From contig CBDETK010000013.1 of the NCBI GenBank assembly GCA_965242865.1, forward strand, positions 640,001-704,000: a stretch of 64,000 nt of DNA, in the 5' to 3' direction. Under the pieces are notes generated by a model. The model was not told the origin of the DNA and searched no databases. It saw only the letters and a list, made by a program, of their open reading frames with translations. The first letter of the stretch is position 1; the number at the start of each line of letters is the position of its first letter. Source of the DNA: Candidatus Latescibacterota bacterium (GTDB taxonomy: Bacteria; Latescibacterota; UBA2968; UBA8231). A program made the position numbers and the translations under genes. Below, in pieces: positions 29,763 through 39,814 of the stretch.

Positions 29763-30331
29763 CCGCGATGCGCCAAAGCCCCATCGCCCAGCTCGTGGCC
29801 GACGCGCCGGCGGCGGTGCAGGCCGCCTTGCACCATCCGGTGGATACGGTCAAGGTCGGGGCCAAAGGGCCGCGCTTGGTTGAGTGGGCCGAGCAGCACG
29901 CGCTCGCGCTGCCAGCGCGGATATACGACACGCGGCCGGTGGGTGCGGCCGGGGTTTTGGCGCGGGTGGGCGCGGGCGAGCTGATCTTGGAATGCCAGCC
30001 CCAAGACGAGTGCTGGACGCGGCTGAACGCGGCGTTGGACGCGGCCTCGGCCGGCGTGTATCGAGTGGAGCAGCAGTCGGCGACCTTGGTGGTGCGCGGC
30101 GACGCGGCCGCCCGCATTTTGGCGCAGGCGTGTGCGGTGGATTTGGCCCGGGCGTCGGTCGGCCGGATGGTGTACGCGCAGGTGGCGGAGGCAGCGTGCG
30201 CGATCCTGCCGTGCGGCGAGGATGGGCAGCGCGCGTACCGGCTGTGGGTCGAGTACAGCTTGGCGGCGTACCTGTGGGAAGCGTTGGCGGCTATGGCCGC
30301 GGACCTCACTTGCGCCAAAACCCCGGGCTGA
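29759..30331 (+). CDS. mgdD: N-methylglutamate dehydrogenase subunit D (SoxG-like)
   Basis: [16 protein letters not shown] and [17 protein letters not shown] motifs. High GC like mgdA-C, and it supplies the subunit missing from that cluster. Confidence 0.78.
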   Translation: MTAMRQSPIAQLVADAPAAVQAALHHPVDTVKVGAKGPRLVEWAEQHALALPARIYDTRPVGAAGVLARVGAGELILECQPQDECWTRLNAALDAASAGVYRVEQQSATLVVRGDAAARILAQACAVDLARASVGRMVYAQVAEAACAILPCGEDGQRAYRLWVEYSLAAYLWEALAAMAADLTCAKTPG

Positions 30332-31754
30332 ACAGCACCAAGAGCGTGAAAACCTCCAGCCGCCCGATCAGCATGGCAACGCACAGAATCCACTTGGCGA
30401 CCGAATTGATGTCGCCGTAGTGCTGGGCGACTTGCCCAAGGCCCGGTCCCAAGTTGTTGATGCAGGCAGCCACCGCTGAAAAGGATGTTGTCAGGTCCAA
30501 GCCGGTGGCGAGCACGGCGATGAACATGATCGTGAACGTCAGCACGTACATCGAGAAAAACCCCCACACCGCTTCCATGACCCGATCGGGCACCGACCGC
30601 GGCCCCACCTTGATCGGGAGCACGGCGTTGGGGTGAATCAGGCGCGTGATCTCGCGGCTCCCCTGCTTTAGAATGAGCAACAGGCGCATCATTTTAATAC
30701 CCCCGGCCGTCGAGCCGGCGCAGCCCCCGACAAACGAGCCGAGGAACAACAAAACCGGCAGAACGCCGGGCCAGACCGAATGATCGGCAATGCTAAAGCC
30801 GGTGGTGGTGACGATGGACACCGTGGCGAAGAGGCCGTAGCGCAGGGAGGCACTGGCGTCGTGCTCGTCGTGGGTAAAGAGGATTAGCGCGGCGACTAGG
30901 ACGGTGGTTAGCAAAACGGCCCAGTACGCGCGGCACTCCGGGTCGGTGCGATACGGACGCAGAGACCGCTGGCGAAAGGCGTAAAAGTGCAACGTGAAGT
31001 TGATGCCCGACACCGCGATAAAAAAGACGGCGACTAGCTCGATGGCTTGGCTGTCAAAAAAGCCGATGCTGGCGTCGTGAGTGGAAAAACCGCCGATGGA
31101 CACCGTGGCAAAGCTGTGGGCTATGGCGTCGAACGGGTCCATGCCGGCCAGCCAATAGGCTGCGGCGCAGGCTGCGGTTAAGCTCAAGTAGATGTACCAA
31201 AGGGCCTTGGCGGTCTGGGCGATGCGCGGCGTCAGCTTTGAATCCTTCATCGGGCCGGTGATCTCGGCGCGAAAAAGCTGCATGCCGCCGACGCCGAGCA
31301 TGGGCAACACGGCAATGGCGAGGACGATGATGCCCATGCCGCCCAACCACTGGAGCTGCTGGCGGTATAACAAGATGGAGCGCGGCAGGTCGTCTAGCCC
31401 TTCGACGACCGTGGCCCCGGTCGTGGTCAAGCCCGACAGGGACTCAAATACGGCGTCGGTAAAGCCCAGGTTGGGCTGCTCGGACAACATCAGGGGAAAG
31501 GCGCCGTACAAGCCCAAGACCGCCCAGAACAAGACCGTTACCAAAAAGCCATCCCGAATCCGCAACTCAGCGCGCTGCCGGCGCACGGGCAACCAGCAGG
31601 CCAAGCCGGTGACCAGCGTAATGGCAAAGGCCGACACAAAGGCCGGGGCCGCGCCGTCGCGGTAGAGGAGCGACACGCCGGCGGGGACCAACATGGTGAC
31701 GCTAAACAGCGTCAGCAGGACGCCCAGCACCCGAAATGCAACGGCCGTGCGCAT
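30306..31754 (-). CDS. trkH: Trk K+ uptake membrane protein
   Basis: Pore motifs [32 protein letters not shown] and NNLGPG, plus GRLE. Confidence 0.95.
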   Translation of the reverse strand: MRTAVAFRVLGVLLTLFSVTMLVPAGVSLLYRDGAAPAFVSAFAITLVTGLACWLPVRRQRAELRIRDGFLVTVLFWAVLGLYGAFPLMLSEQPNLGFTDAVFESLSGLTTTGATVVEGLDDLPRSILLYRQQLQWLGGMGIIVLAIAVLPMLGVGGMQLFRAEITGPMKDSKLTPRIAQTAKALWYIYLSLTAACAAAYWLAGMDPFDAIAHSFATVSIGGFSTHDASIGFFDSQAIELVAVFFIAVSGINFTLHFYAFRQRSLRPYRTDPECRAYWAVLLTTVLVAALILFTHDEHDASASLRYGLFATVSIVTTTGFSIADHSVWPGVLPVLLFLGSFVGGCAGSTAGGIKMMRLLLILKQGSREITRLIHPNAVLPIKVGPRSVPDRVMEAVWGFFSMYVLTFTIMFIAVLATGLDLTTSFSAVAACINNLGPGLGQVAQHYGDINSVAKWILCVAMLIGRLEVFTLLVLFSPGFWRK

Positions 31755-31761
31755 GGCCTAG

Positions 31762-33105
31762 CTACCCCCCGAAAATTTGGCGCACGGCCTCGTGGACGTA
31801 GTGCCGGGCAAAGACTACGGCTTTGTCGCCCGGGCGGATGCGCGTATCGCCCCGGGGGATGACCACGCGATCGCCGTGGACGACCGCGCCGATAATCGAA
31901 TCGGGGGGCAGGCGAATGGAGATCAGGGGCTTTTGGGTAATTTTGCTGCCGTCGCGGGCGATGTACTCGACCGCTTCCACGTCGAGGCCGGGCAAGCTGG
32001 CGATGGAGGCGATGCGCTGGTGCCGCACGTAGCGTTGGACGGCGTTGACGGTCAGGAGCTGTTTGCTCAACACCGCGTCCAGCCCGATGGCCGGGGTGAT
32101 GGGCATGTAATCGACGTTGTTGACCAAGGCAATGGCGCGCGGCACTTCGAGGTGCTTGGCCACGAGCGTTGAGATGATGTTGACCTCGTCGTTGCCCGTA
32201 ACCGCGATAAAGGCGTCCATGTCGGCCAAGCCTTCAACGGCCAACAGATCGTAGTCCGTGCCGTCGCCTTGGATGACGAGCACATTGGCGAGTTGGTCGG
32301 CGATTTGCCGGGAACGAGCGGCGCGGCTTTCGATGAGCTTGACCCGCACCTGCGCGGAAAGCCCGGCGGCCACGAACTGGCCGATGAGGCCGCCGCCGAG
32401 GATGGCGATGTCCTCGATGCGGTGGTCGGTGTGGCCGGTCAAGCGGACTACCGAGGGAATGAAGTCGGGATCGCTGATGACGAAAATTCGGTCTTCGGGC
32501 AGCAGGGTGGTGGTGCCGCGGGGGATCAAGGTCTGTTGCTTGCGCTGGATGGCGACGATGCGCATGGGCAGGTCGGCAAACTGCCGCCCCAACTCGGTCA
32601 ATGGCGCGTGGAGCAGGGAGGACTGGCGGTCGAGGCGCGTGCCGAGCAAGACGAGCTTGCCTTCGGAAAACTCGACCAAATCGGTGGCGCTAGACTGGCG
32701 AATGAGGCGGATGATGGCGTCGGCGGTTTCCTTCTCGGGGTGGATGAACTGATCGACGCCGAGCTCTTGGGGGCTCAAGATAAAGTCCGGGGCGGTGAAC
32801 TCGGGGTTGCGGACGCGGGCGATGGCCGATTGGACCCCTAGCTTCTTGGCCATTCTACAGGCGAGCAGGTTGACCTCGTCGTTGGTGGTCATGGCCGCAA
32901 CGAGATCCACCTGCTCAATGCCCATGCCGCGCAAGTCCTGCAAGCTGGTGCCATTGCCTTGGGCGACGATGATGTCGAGCTGTTCGCTGACGCGCCTGAC
33001 GCGCCTCGGATCGGTGTCAATCTGGGTAATGTCGTGCCCGTCTTGACTCAGTTGCTTGCTCAACTGGAAGCCGATGGCGCCGGCGCCGATGACCAAAATG
33101 TGCAT
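31762..33105 (-). CDS. trkA: Trk K+ uptake NAD-binding subunit
   Basis: Two RCK domains with IGAGAIG and LGGGLIG. Adjacent to trkH. Confidence 0.95.
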   Translation of the reverse strand: MHILVIGAGAIGFQLSKQLSQDGHDITQIDTDPRRVRRVSEQLDIIVAQGNGTSLQDLRGMGIEQVDLVAAMTTNDEVNLLACRMAKKLGVQSAIARVRNPEFTAPDFILSPQELGVDQFIHPEKETADAIIRLIRQSSATDLVEFSEGKLVLLGTRLDRQSSLLHAPLTELGRQFADLPMRIVAIQRKQQTLIPRGTTTLLPEDRIFVISDPDFIPSVVRLTGHTDHRIEDIAILGGGLIGQFVAAGLSAQVRVKLIESRAARSRQIADQLANVLVIQGDGTDYDLLAVEGLADMDAFIAVTGNDEVNIISTLVAKHLEVPRAIALVNNVDYMPITPAIGLDAVLSKQLLTVNAVQRYVRHQRIASIASLPGLDVEAVEYIARDGSKITQKPLISIRLPPDSIIGAVVHGDRVVIPRGDTRIRPGDKAVVFARHYVHEAVRQIFGG

Positions 33106-33174
33106 GGTTTGCAGCCGAGTTTTGCAGAAAAGGGAGCGCGTAGAAGCTAAGGACGATGCGCGCTGCGTGCGAAC

Positions 33175-33489
33175 TCAGTCGATATGGAACACTTCGCGCA
33201 GGTCTTGGGCGCGCGGGCTGCCGTCCGGGTTGGTGGCCATGATGTCCTTCATGTACGTCCACCACCGCTGGCAGTCCGGCGTCGCGGCGATGCGCTGCCA
33301 GCGTTCCTCGTCTTCGAGTTCCACGTACGCAAAAAGCTGGTGGGTGTCTGGGTGGAGGAAGATGGAGTAGTTGTGGACGCCGTGTTCCTTGAGGGTCTGC
33401 TCCAGCTCGGGCCATATCGGGTTGTGGCGCGTTTCGTATTCGGCGTGTTGGTCGGGATCGACCTGCATGACAAAGGCTTTGCGGATCAT
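33175..33489 (-). CDS. rhaM: L-rhamnose mutarotase
   Basis: MIRKAFVM...[11 protein letters not shown]...NYSIFL...CQRWW.YM...LREVFH pattern. Confidence 0.92.
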   Translation of the reverse strand: MIRKAFVMQVDPDQHAEYETRHNPIWPELEQTLKEHGVHNYSIFLHPDTHQLFAYVELEDEERWQRIAATPDCQRWWTYMKDIMATNPDGSPRAQDLREVFHID

Positions 33490-33558
33490 GATGGCTCCTT
33501 TTGGGGGTTGGGTTAAGGGATTGGGTGCGTTGGCGACCTTTAATCTACGTCACTCGCT

Positions 33559-35244
33559 TTACTGGGTGAATAGCGGATTTTCTTCGCGCTCGCGGGCTAA
33601 GATGGCGTCCCTCTCTTTGGCCTCGGCCCACGCACTGGTCTGCTTGAGATCCATCGGATGGGCCTTGGCCTGCTTGCGGCTGCCGAAGACGGCGTCCCGG
33701 AGTGCGACGAGGGTGAGTTTGTCGGACTTCTGGCGGTTGCACGGGCCGCACAGGATGGCGCGGTTGCCGAGGCGGTTGGTGCCGGTGCCCGACTTGGGGT
33801 CGAGGTGATCCAAGTCAAAGTACTGACGATTGCGCGGCGCGTCCGGCAGGCTGAACTCGCAGCCCCAGCATTGCAGCCCCCACTGGTCCAAGAGCATGTC
33901 TTTCATCTCGGCGTGGGAGAATAGGGCCTTCTGCTTGTAGCGATAGACCGGCGGCAGGTCAGCGACCGCGTCGTCGGGGTCGTCCGTGCGCTCCGGCGGC
34001 ACGTTGGTGAACCGCGCCTCGTGCTTGGCGAGGATGCGGTCGATCCAGTTGGGATCGGTGTGCTGGCTCTTTTGGCGGAGCTCGTCCACCTCGGCCTTTT
34101 TCATGCCGGCGAGATTGCACAGGATCATCGCCTTGGCGTCGTCGTTGCGGTCGATGCCGATGGACTGGCGGTCGAGGGTGCGGGCGGCGACGAGGGTGGT
34201 GCCGCAGCCGCAGAAGGGGTCGAGGACGAGGTCGCCGGGGTTGCTGCTGGCGGCGACGATGCGCTCGTATAATGAGACCGGCTTTTGGTCGGGGTAGCCG
34301 GTGCGCTCGGTGGCGTGCGTTTGCACTGGTATGATGTCGGTGATCACGTCGCAGGCCGCGTTGCCCTTGGTGGATGCCAGATACCTTTTGAGGCACGGCA
34401 CTCCTCCCTTTTTCTTGGGCCAGTATATTAGTCCGGCTGCGTCAAGGGCATCGAGGCGATCTGGCACTGTTGGGTAGGCGTCGGGCCAACCGGGGATGAT
34501 GTTGTTTTTGATGATATACTCATACATGCCGCCTCCGGTTGGGGTGCCCCAATGACGGCCCACTTTCCCGGGATCGACTCCACGCCAAGATGCACCCGAG
34601 AGGCCACTTCTGAGGCCCGCGGCGGTCAGATCCGCCGACCGCCAAGGGCCGCGCCCATCCCCGTCGTCATGCCGATAAAACTTCTTGACGTATTCGGGAT
34701 CGTGTGGCGTGTGAATTGGGTTCCATGTCGGACTATCGCCTTTGCTGTAATAGAGGATGGTGTCATGGATGGCCCCAAATTTCTTAGCGTCCGAGCGTCC
34801 ACTGGTCCGTTTCCATACAATCTCATTGCGAAAGTTTCTCGCCCCAAACACCGCGTCCATGATGCCCTTGACGTAGTGGCTCGCTGTCGGGTCGAGGTGG
34901 ACATAGATGCTGCCCGTGTCCTTGAGCACCCGCCGCATTTCGAGCAGCCGGACGCCGAGGAAGCACAGGAACGCGCCGAGGTTCTCGCTGTGTGCGTGTT
35001 CGGCGGATTCTATGACTTCGACGAGTGGCCGGTTGTCGTCGCGGATGTCGTCCATCCACGAGCGGTGGACGTTTTCTTCCCACCGCCATTGATCGACGTA
35101 TTTGCCGCCGACGGATTCGCGATTGCGGCCCGTGTTGAACGGCGGATCGGTCGCGATGAGATCGACGATGCCGCTGTTCATGCCGCGCAGGGCGTCGAGG
35201 TTGTCCATGTGGTAGATCGTGCCGGGGACGACGTTGAGGGTCAT
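33559..35244 (-). CDS. beta-class DNA methyltransferase fused to a C-terminal HNH nuclease
   Basis: DPPF, YPDQKP and DPFCGCGTT, followed by CWGC...DLDHLDPK...N..ILCGPCNRQK. Confidence 0.88.
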   Translation of the reverse strand: MTLNVVPGTIYHMDNLDALRGMNSGIVDLIATDPPFNTGRNRESVGGKYVDQWRWEENVHRSWMDDIRDDNRPLVEVIESAEHAHSENLGAFLCFLGVRLLEMRRVLKDTGSIYVHLDPTASHYVKGIMDAVFGARNFRNEIVWKRTSGRSDAKKFGAIHDTILYYSKGDSPTWNPIHTPHDPEYVKKFYRHDDGDGRGPWRSADLTAAGLRSGLSGASWRGVDPGKVGRHWGTPTGGGMYEYIIKNNIIPGWPDAYPTVPDRLDALDAAGLIYWPKKKGGVPCLKRYLASTKGNAACDVITDIIPVQTHATERTGYPDQKPVSLYERIVAASSNPGDLVLDPFCGCGTTLVAARTLDRQSIGIDRNDDAKAMILCNLAGMKKAEVDELRQKSQHTDPNWIDRILAKHEARFTNVPPERTDDPDDAVADLPPVYRYKQKALFSHAEMKDMLLDQWGLQCWGCEFSLPDAPRNRQYFDLDHLDPKSGTGTNRLGNRAILCGPCNRQKSDKLTLVALRDAVFGSRKQAKAHPMDLKQTSAWAEAKERDAILAREREENPLFTQ

Positions 35245-36359
35245 GGGGTTGGGTCTCCTTTCGAGGACTCCTTTATGGATAATAAATCCTCGGTAATTAA
35301 ACCTACCATCGTAGGAGCACGACTGGAGAAAGAAGAATTGGGGTCGTTGCTATGAAGTTTGATGAGATCTGTCGCCTTTTCAGCGTGTCGCAATGCCAGC
35401 TCAAGGAGAGGTTTACGGTGATCTTCACCTACAAAGTCTGATAATTGTGCCCAAAGAATGACTGCATATCTAGTATAGAGACTGATAAGATCATGAGGAT
35501 CAGAACAGTCTTCAATTTTGCTTTTGATGTCCTTTACTTCCTTCCGCCAATAGGCATATTGACGCAGATTCTCTGCGTCACCAAAATACGACGGGAGCGA
35601 CGTTACCTCATTAAATGCAGACAACATTCGGTCGGGGTCTAATCTTTTTCTAAATATCAAGCCTAGACCATAATGCGCCAATCGCTTTATTTGGTCGTCA
35701 GGATTGGCCTCAATAGCATTATTGTAGTGCTTTTCTGCGGAAACATCGTCTCCGCCTTCGTAAGCGTATTTCCCTAGGCAGTATTGTACATAACTGCTTT
35801 TAAGGGCATCCTGTCTTTCAATAGCCCCATGCATATCGGGAAAAACGGTTTCTTCGGATATGGCATGGTATTTTTCTAAATGATCAAGAATTGGTTTTTT
35901 GAGGCATTTATTGATCGTGACGTATTTCATATCATCCTCGACAAAACCCCTATCCGGCCAGAACATTACGCTTTTCTGAACAATAACGCGACCTCTTGGA
36001 TTCCGCGGATTATGTATTCTTGGATCGTCAATATCTCGCTTTAAGATGACAACTCTGCCATCGTCGTCGTAGCATTTGTTGCAAGCAAATAATAGGGCAA
36101 CCAGATAGTCTTCTGTCCAATCTATTAGATTGGTAACGCCTCGGTTATGCTGCACCTCGGATTCTTCATAATCCAACATAGATGACAAAAGCTCCTTGCG
36201 GAATATGTCGATGTCGGAATCACGAATACCGTGCTTTTTGAGTTCTCGGTAAACCCCCGACGATACTTTATTATAACATTTCGGCTCACCGCGAAAGATA
36301 TAACCACCATCCTTAGCAGCTTCCTCAATATCGCGGCGAACTTCGTCAAACTTTTCCAT
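35241..36359 (-). CDS. FRG domain protein with TPR-like repeats
   Basis: YIFRGE and QH....TNLIDWT....VALLFAC motifs, then TPR-like helices. AT-rich, with ATGA overlap to the MTase-HNH gene. Confidence 0.8.
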   Translation of the reverse strand: MEKFDEVRRDIEEAAKDGGYIFRGEPKCYNKVSSGVYRELKKHGIRDSDIDIFRKELLSSMLDYEESEVQHNRGVTNLIDWTEDYLVALLFACNKCYDDDGRVVILKRDIDDPRIHNPRNPRGRVIVQKSVMFWPDRGFVEDDMKYVTINKCLKKPILDHLEKYHAISEETVFPDMHGAIERQDALKSSYVQYCLGKYAYEGGDDVSAEKHYNNAIEANPDDQIKRLAHYGLGLIFRKRLDPDRMLSAFNEVTSLPSYFGDAENLRQYAYWRKEVKDIKSKIEDCSDPHDLISLYTRYAVILWAQLSDFVGEDHRKPLLELALRHAEKATDLIKLHSNDPNSSFSSRAPTMVGLITEDLLSIKESSKGDPTP

Positions 36360-36437
36360 GGCACTTTCCCCTTTCTTGGAGCGTTAAGGTTGCATGAGAA
36401 GCCCCGCGACGCCGCGCTGACGCCGCGGGTTTAGCAC

Positions 36438-38342
36438 TCAGAAGTTGAAGATCATGTTGCCCTCGACGCCGAAGGCCCCGTCGATGAAGAGCCACAGGCA
36501 GGCCGTGGTGAACTCGCCGAGGATCAGCCCTAAAAAGAACGGCAGCAGGGCGCGGTAGGCACGCACCCCGCCGTAGCGCAGGATGGTCGCCTTGCAGAGC
36601 CAAGCCAGAAAGATGGACAACCAGCCGTAGTACACAATGGTAAAGGTGGAGGCGATGGGAAAACCCAATGGATGCAGGGGCCACCACGTAAAGCGGTGGC
36701 GCAAAAAGAGCAGGGCCGCCATGACCGCACTCCCGCTGGCGGTGAAGGCGAGGCGCGGGGCAAACGATGGCTCAGGCGCGTTGTACACCGAGGCCATGTA
36801 CGTAAAGGGCCAGCGCGGCGCGCCGCTAAAGTACCAGCCGTGCAGGTTGATGCCGCCGTAAGTATAGGCCAAGGTCATGGTAAACCAGATCGAGCCGACG
36901 AGGCCCACGACAATGGCGGCGATTAGTGCCCCGAGCAGCCAGCGCGGCGCAGGCGAGTCGCCGGAGGTGAGCTTGAGGCTGTGCATGACGGCGTTCATCA
37001 TGTTGGCCGCAGTCTCGCCCATCCACACCGTGCTCAGGCCCAAGCCGGTCATGTTGCCGAGGCCGAGGGTCTCAGGCCCTATGCCGCGGGTGATGAAAGC
37101 CTGCGGAGCCATGGGCGTCTGGCAGCCGGGAATCCCGGCCTCGCAGACGATGCGCGACAAGCCGATAAAGACGATGAGCGCCCCGACCACCAGCAGCGCG
37201 GCCGCGTACAGGGACAGGCCGGTGAGCGTCAGCCAAGCCACCATGAAGGCCACGCCGACCGCGAGGCCGCCAAAGGCCGTGCGCGGGGCCATGAGTTCGC
37301 CCGGGGCCGGCTCGTCTTGTACGGCTTGACGCCACAGATGGCGCAGGTGGGTGCGGGCGGTCCACACCACGAACAGGGCCAGCACCAACAGGCCGCCGGC
37401 TTGCTGGTGAGCAACCGGGACTGAGCCGCCGCCCGAGGTCCAAATATCGCCCCCGCCGATCACGAGGCCGATGCGGGCAAAAATTACTTTTTCGAGGGTG
37501 TAGAACAAAAAGAAAAACCAGATGCTAAAGGAGACGCTGAGGGCCATTAGGTACGCGAGGCCCAAAATCGGCAAATTGATCCGCCAAGGCAGGCCGACGC
37601 TGCCTTGGAGCAGGGACAGGCTGCCGGTCAGGGCGATGGGCTGGAAGGCGTCGTGGTACGCGTGGAGCGAGTTCCAAGAGTGCAGCACAAGCGGCACGGC
37701 AAAGCCCAGCCACAGCAGGCGGTGCTTGAACAGGCCGCCGAGGAGGGATGGCGAGTCCGCGCCTTCGAGCATGGCCAGCGGCAGGCGGGTGAGCGGAAAG
37801 ACGAGGCGCTCGTTGGCGACCCACTGGCCTCGGAGCAACGCGCCGAGGCAAAAGAGGACCCAGTAGAAGGCGAGAATAAAGCAGGTCCAAGCGGCCAGCG
37901 GGCTAAGCCAAGCGCCCCAGGGGATGGCGCGGCCTCGGGGCAGCCCTTCGTAGAACAGGCGCACGGCCTCGGTATCGGTGGGGGCCAGCGCGGGGTGGAT
38001 GTATTCGACGAAGAGCTCCTGCCAAGCGTTCTCGGGCGTGGCGTAGTACGCCGCGCCAGTGATGACCGACAGAAAGCTGCCGGTGAAGCCGGTGGTGACC
38101 ACGACCGCGCCGACCAGCATCATGGCGTACACGGCGATGAGTTCGGCGCGGGAAAAGGCCCACGCCCGGCCCAGCATTTTGAGCAGGGGCAGGACGACAG
38201 CCGTCAGCAAAAAGAGCAACAGGACAGCGATGACCGGAATGGCATTGCTGGTGAGTTGCGAGCCCTTGACGATGAGAATGCCCCAAGGGCTTAGGATGCT
38301 GATCGCCCCGACGAGGAGCAAACCCGTGAGGATGGCGCGCAA
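36438..38342 (-). CDS. large polytopic membrane protein (DUF6785/DUF6784-like putative transporter)
   Basis: Many TM helices, with QWVANERLVFPL, RIVCEAG, WWPLHPLGF and PFFLGLILGE motifs. TTG start. Confidence 0.75.
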   Translation of the reverse strand: MRAILTGLLLVGAISILSPWGILIVKGSQLTSNAIPVIAVLLLFLLTAVVLPLLKMLGRAWAFSRAELIAVYAMMLVGAVVVTTGFTGSFLSVITGAAYYATPENAWQELFVEYIHPALAPTDTEAVRLFYEGLPRGRAIPWGAWLSPLAAWTCFILAFYWVLFCLGALLRGQWVANERLVFPLTRLPLAMLEGADSPSLLGGLFKHRLLWLGFAVPLVLHSWNSLHAYHDAFQPIALTGSLSLLQGSVGLPWRINLPILGLAYLMALSVSFSIWFFFLFYTLEKVIFARIGLVIGGGDIWTSGGGSVPVAHQQAGGLLVLALFVVWTARTHLRHLWRQAVQDEPAPGELMAPRTAFGGLAVGVAFMVAWLTLTGLSLYAAALLVVGALIVFIGLSRIVCEAGIPGCQTPMAPQAFITRGIGPETLGLGNMTGLGLSTVWMGETAANMMNAVMHSLKLTSGDSPAPRWLLGALIAAIVVGLVGSIWFTMTLAYTYGGINLHGWYFSGAPRWPFTYMASVYNAPEPSFAPRLAFTASGSAVMAALLFLRHRFTWWPLHPLGFPIASTFTIVYYGWLSIFLAWLCKATILRYGGVRAYRALLPFFLGLILGEFTTACLWLFIDGAFGVEGNMIFNF

Positions 38343-38357
38343 GGGGGGATGAACCGC

Positions 38358-39599
38358 CTAATTGAGACTGCGGATGAAGTAGAGCAAGCGCTTGAACAGG
38401 CCCGGCCGGATGCCCGGGGCCTCGGTGCGCTGGGCCACCACGTGGTAGGCTTGGAGTTGGCGGTTGTCCATGGCGTGGGACCCGCCCCACAAGTACAGGC
38501 GGAAGGCGCGAAAGACGGCTTCGCCCCAGCGCTCGACAATGGTTGGGCGGTTGGCCTCAAAGCGAGCGGCCCAGTGCTCCAGCGTCAGGGCGTAATCGTG
38601 CGTTTCGTCGATTACCTCTTCCACCTTGAAGCCGTGCATGAGAAACTCTTGCAGCAGGTCGGGCAGGCACAAGTACGTGTGGGTGCCCGGGTAAATGTAG
38701 CGGCGCACGAAATTGCTCACCTTGTACTTTTCGAACGTGGCCGAAGCGTCTAAGTAAATGCGGCCCCCGGGCTTGAGGCACTTCCACACTTGCGCGACAA
38801 AGTCGCGGTAGTGGGGGATGTGCTCGATGACGCCGAAGATGACGATGGCGTCGTACGGCTCGGGGGGATCGTGCGCGAGGAAATCTTCGAGGCGAACCGC
38901 GCAGGTGGCCAGCCCGCGGTCGGCGATGAGAGCTTGGTGTAGCCGGTGCGAGTCCTCGGCAATGGTCAGGGCCGTGCAGTGGATGCCGCGCGGGCCAGCG
39001 TAGCGGGTGACGGCCCCCCAACCGGCGCCAATGTCGAGCAAGCGGTCGCCGGCTTGCAGGCGCAGGGCGCGGGCCATGGTGGCGAATTTGTGCTCGGCCG
39101 CTTGTTCGAGGGTCTCGTCGGCGCGGTGGAAGAGGACATGCGAGTAGAGGTGGTACTGGCGATCGACGAATGCTAGGTAGAAATCGTCGCCGAAGTTGTA
39201 GTGGTGGGCGATGGAGGCGCGGTTGAGGCGAATGCGGTCGCGCCAGAAAAGCTGGAGATAGGCCCGCAGCAAGAAGCCCAAGCTGGTCTTGCCCTTGACG
39301 TACTGGCGCAACCCTAGAAAGCAGCGCACGTCGCCCTCAATATCGATTTGGCCTTCGACATACGCGCGCCCAATGGCGTATTCGTCGAGCCTTTTGCCGA
39401 GCACGGCGTCGGAGTGAAAAACCACGCGAAAGGCCGGTTCGCCCGGCGGGCCTAAGTGCAAGGTCTCGCCTTGGGCAAACGTGAACTGGCAGGGGATGGG
39501 GACGTCGGCGAGGGCCGCGTGGAGGAGGCGGGCCGCGGCGCAGCGCGGCTGCGGGGGCGCGGCTGGGGTGGCGGGCTGTAACTGGGGCTGTGCGGTCAT
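38358..39599 (-). CDS. cfa: cyclopropane-fatty-acyl-phospholipid synthase family SAM-dependent methyltransferase
   Basis: IAHHYNFGDDF, LLDIGAGWG, GVIEH, RYIYPG and YALTL..W motifs. Confidence 0.85.
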   Translation of the reverse strand: MTAQPQLQPATPAAPPQPRCAAARLLHAALADVPIPCQFTFAQGETLHLGPPGEPAFRVVFHSDAVLGKRLDEYAIGRAYVEGQIDIEGDVRCFLGLRQYVKGKTSLGFLLRAYLQLFWRDRIRLNRASIAHHYNFGDDFYLAFVDRQYHLYSHVLFHRADETLEQAAEHKFATMARALRLQAGDRLLDIGAGWGAVTRYAGPRGIHCTALTIAEDSHRLHQALIADRGLATCAVRLEDFLAHDPPEPYDAIVIFGVIEHIPHYRDFVAQVWKCLKPGGRIYLDASATFEKYKVSNFVRRYIYPGTHTYLCLPDLLQEFLMHGFKVEEVIDETHDYALTLEHWAARFEANRPTIVERWGEAVFRAFRLYLWGGSHAMDNRQLQAYHVVAQRTEAPGIRPGLFKRLLYFIRSLN

Positions 39600-39814
39600 G
39601 GCGTTTTTCCCGGCGGTTTCTGCGGCACCGCTGGCCGCGCAAAAGGGTAACACACTATAAAACTTCGCCCAACTCGTCAAGGAGATGGGCCAACGGAAAG
39701 AGGCTAAGTACGCGACCCGTACTTTGCGCGTACCTTTTCTGGTGTTGCCGTTGCGTCTGGGGTCGAGGGCGTCCCCGCCCTCGATCCGTACGGAAAGAAT
39801 AAGGAAAAGAGGTC

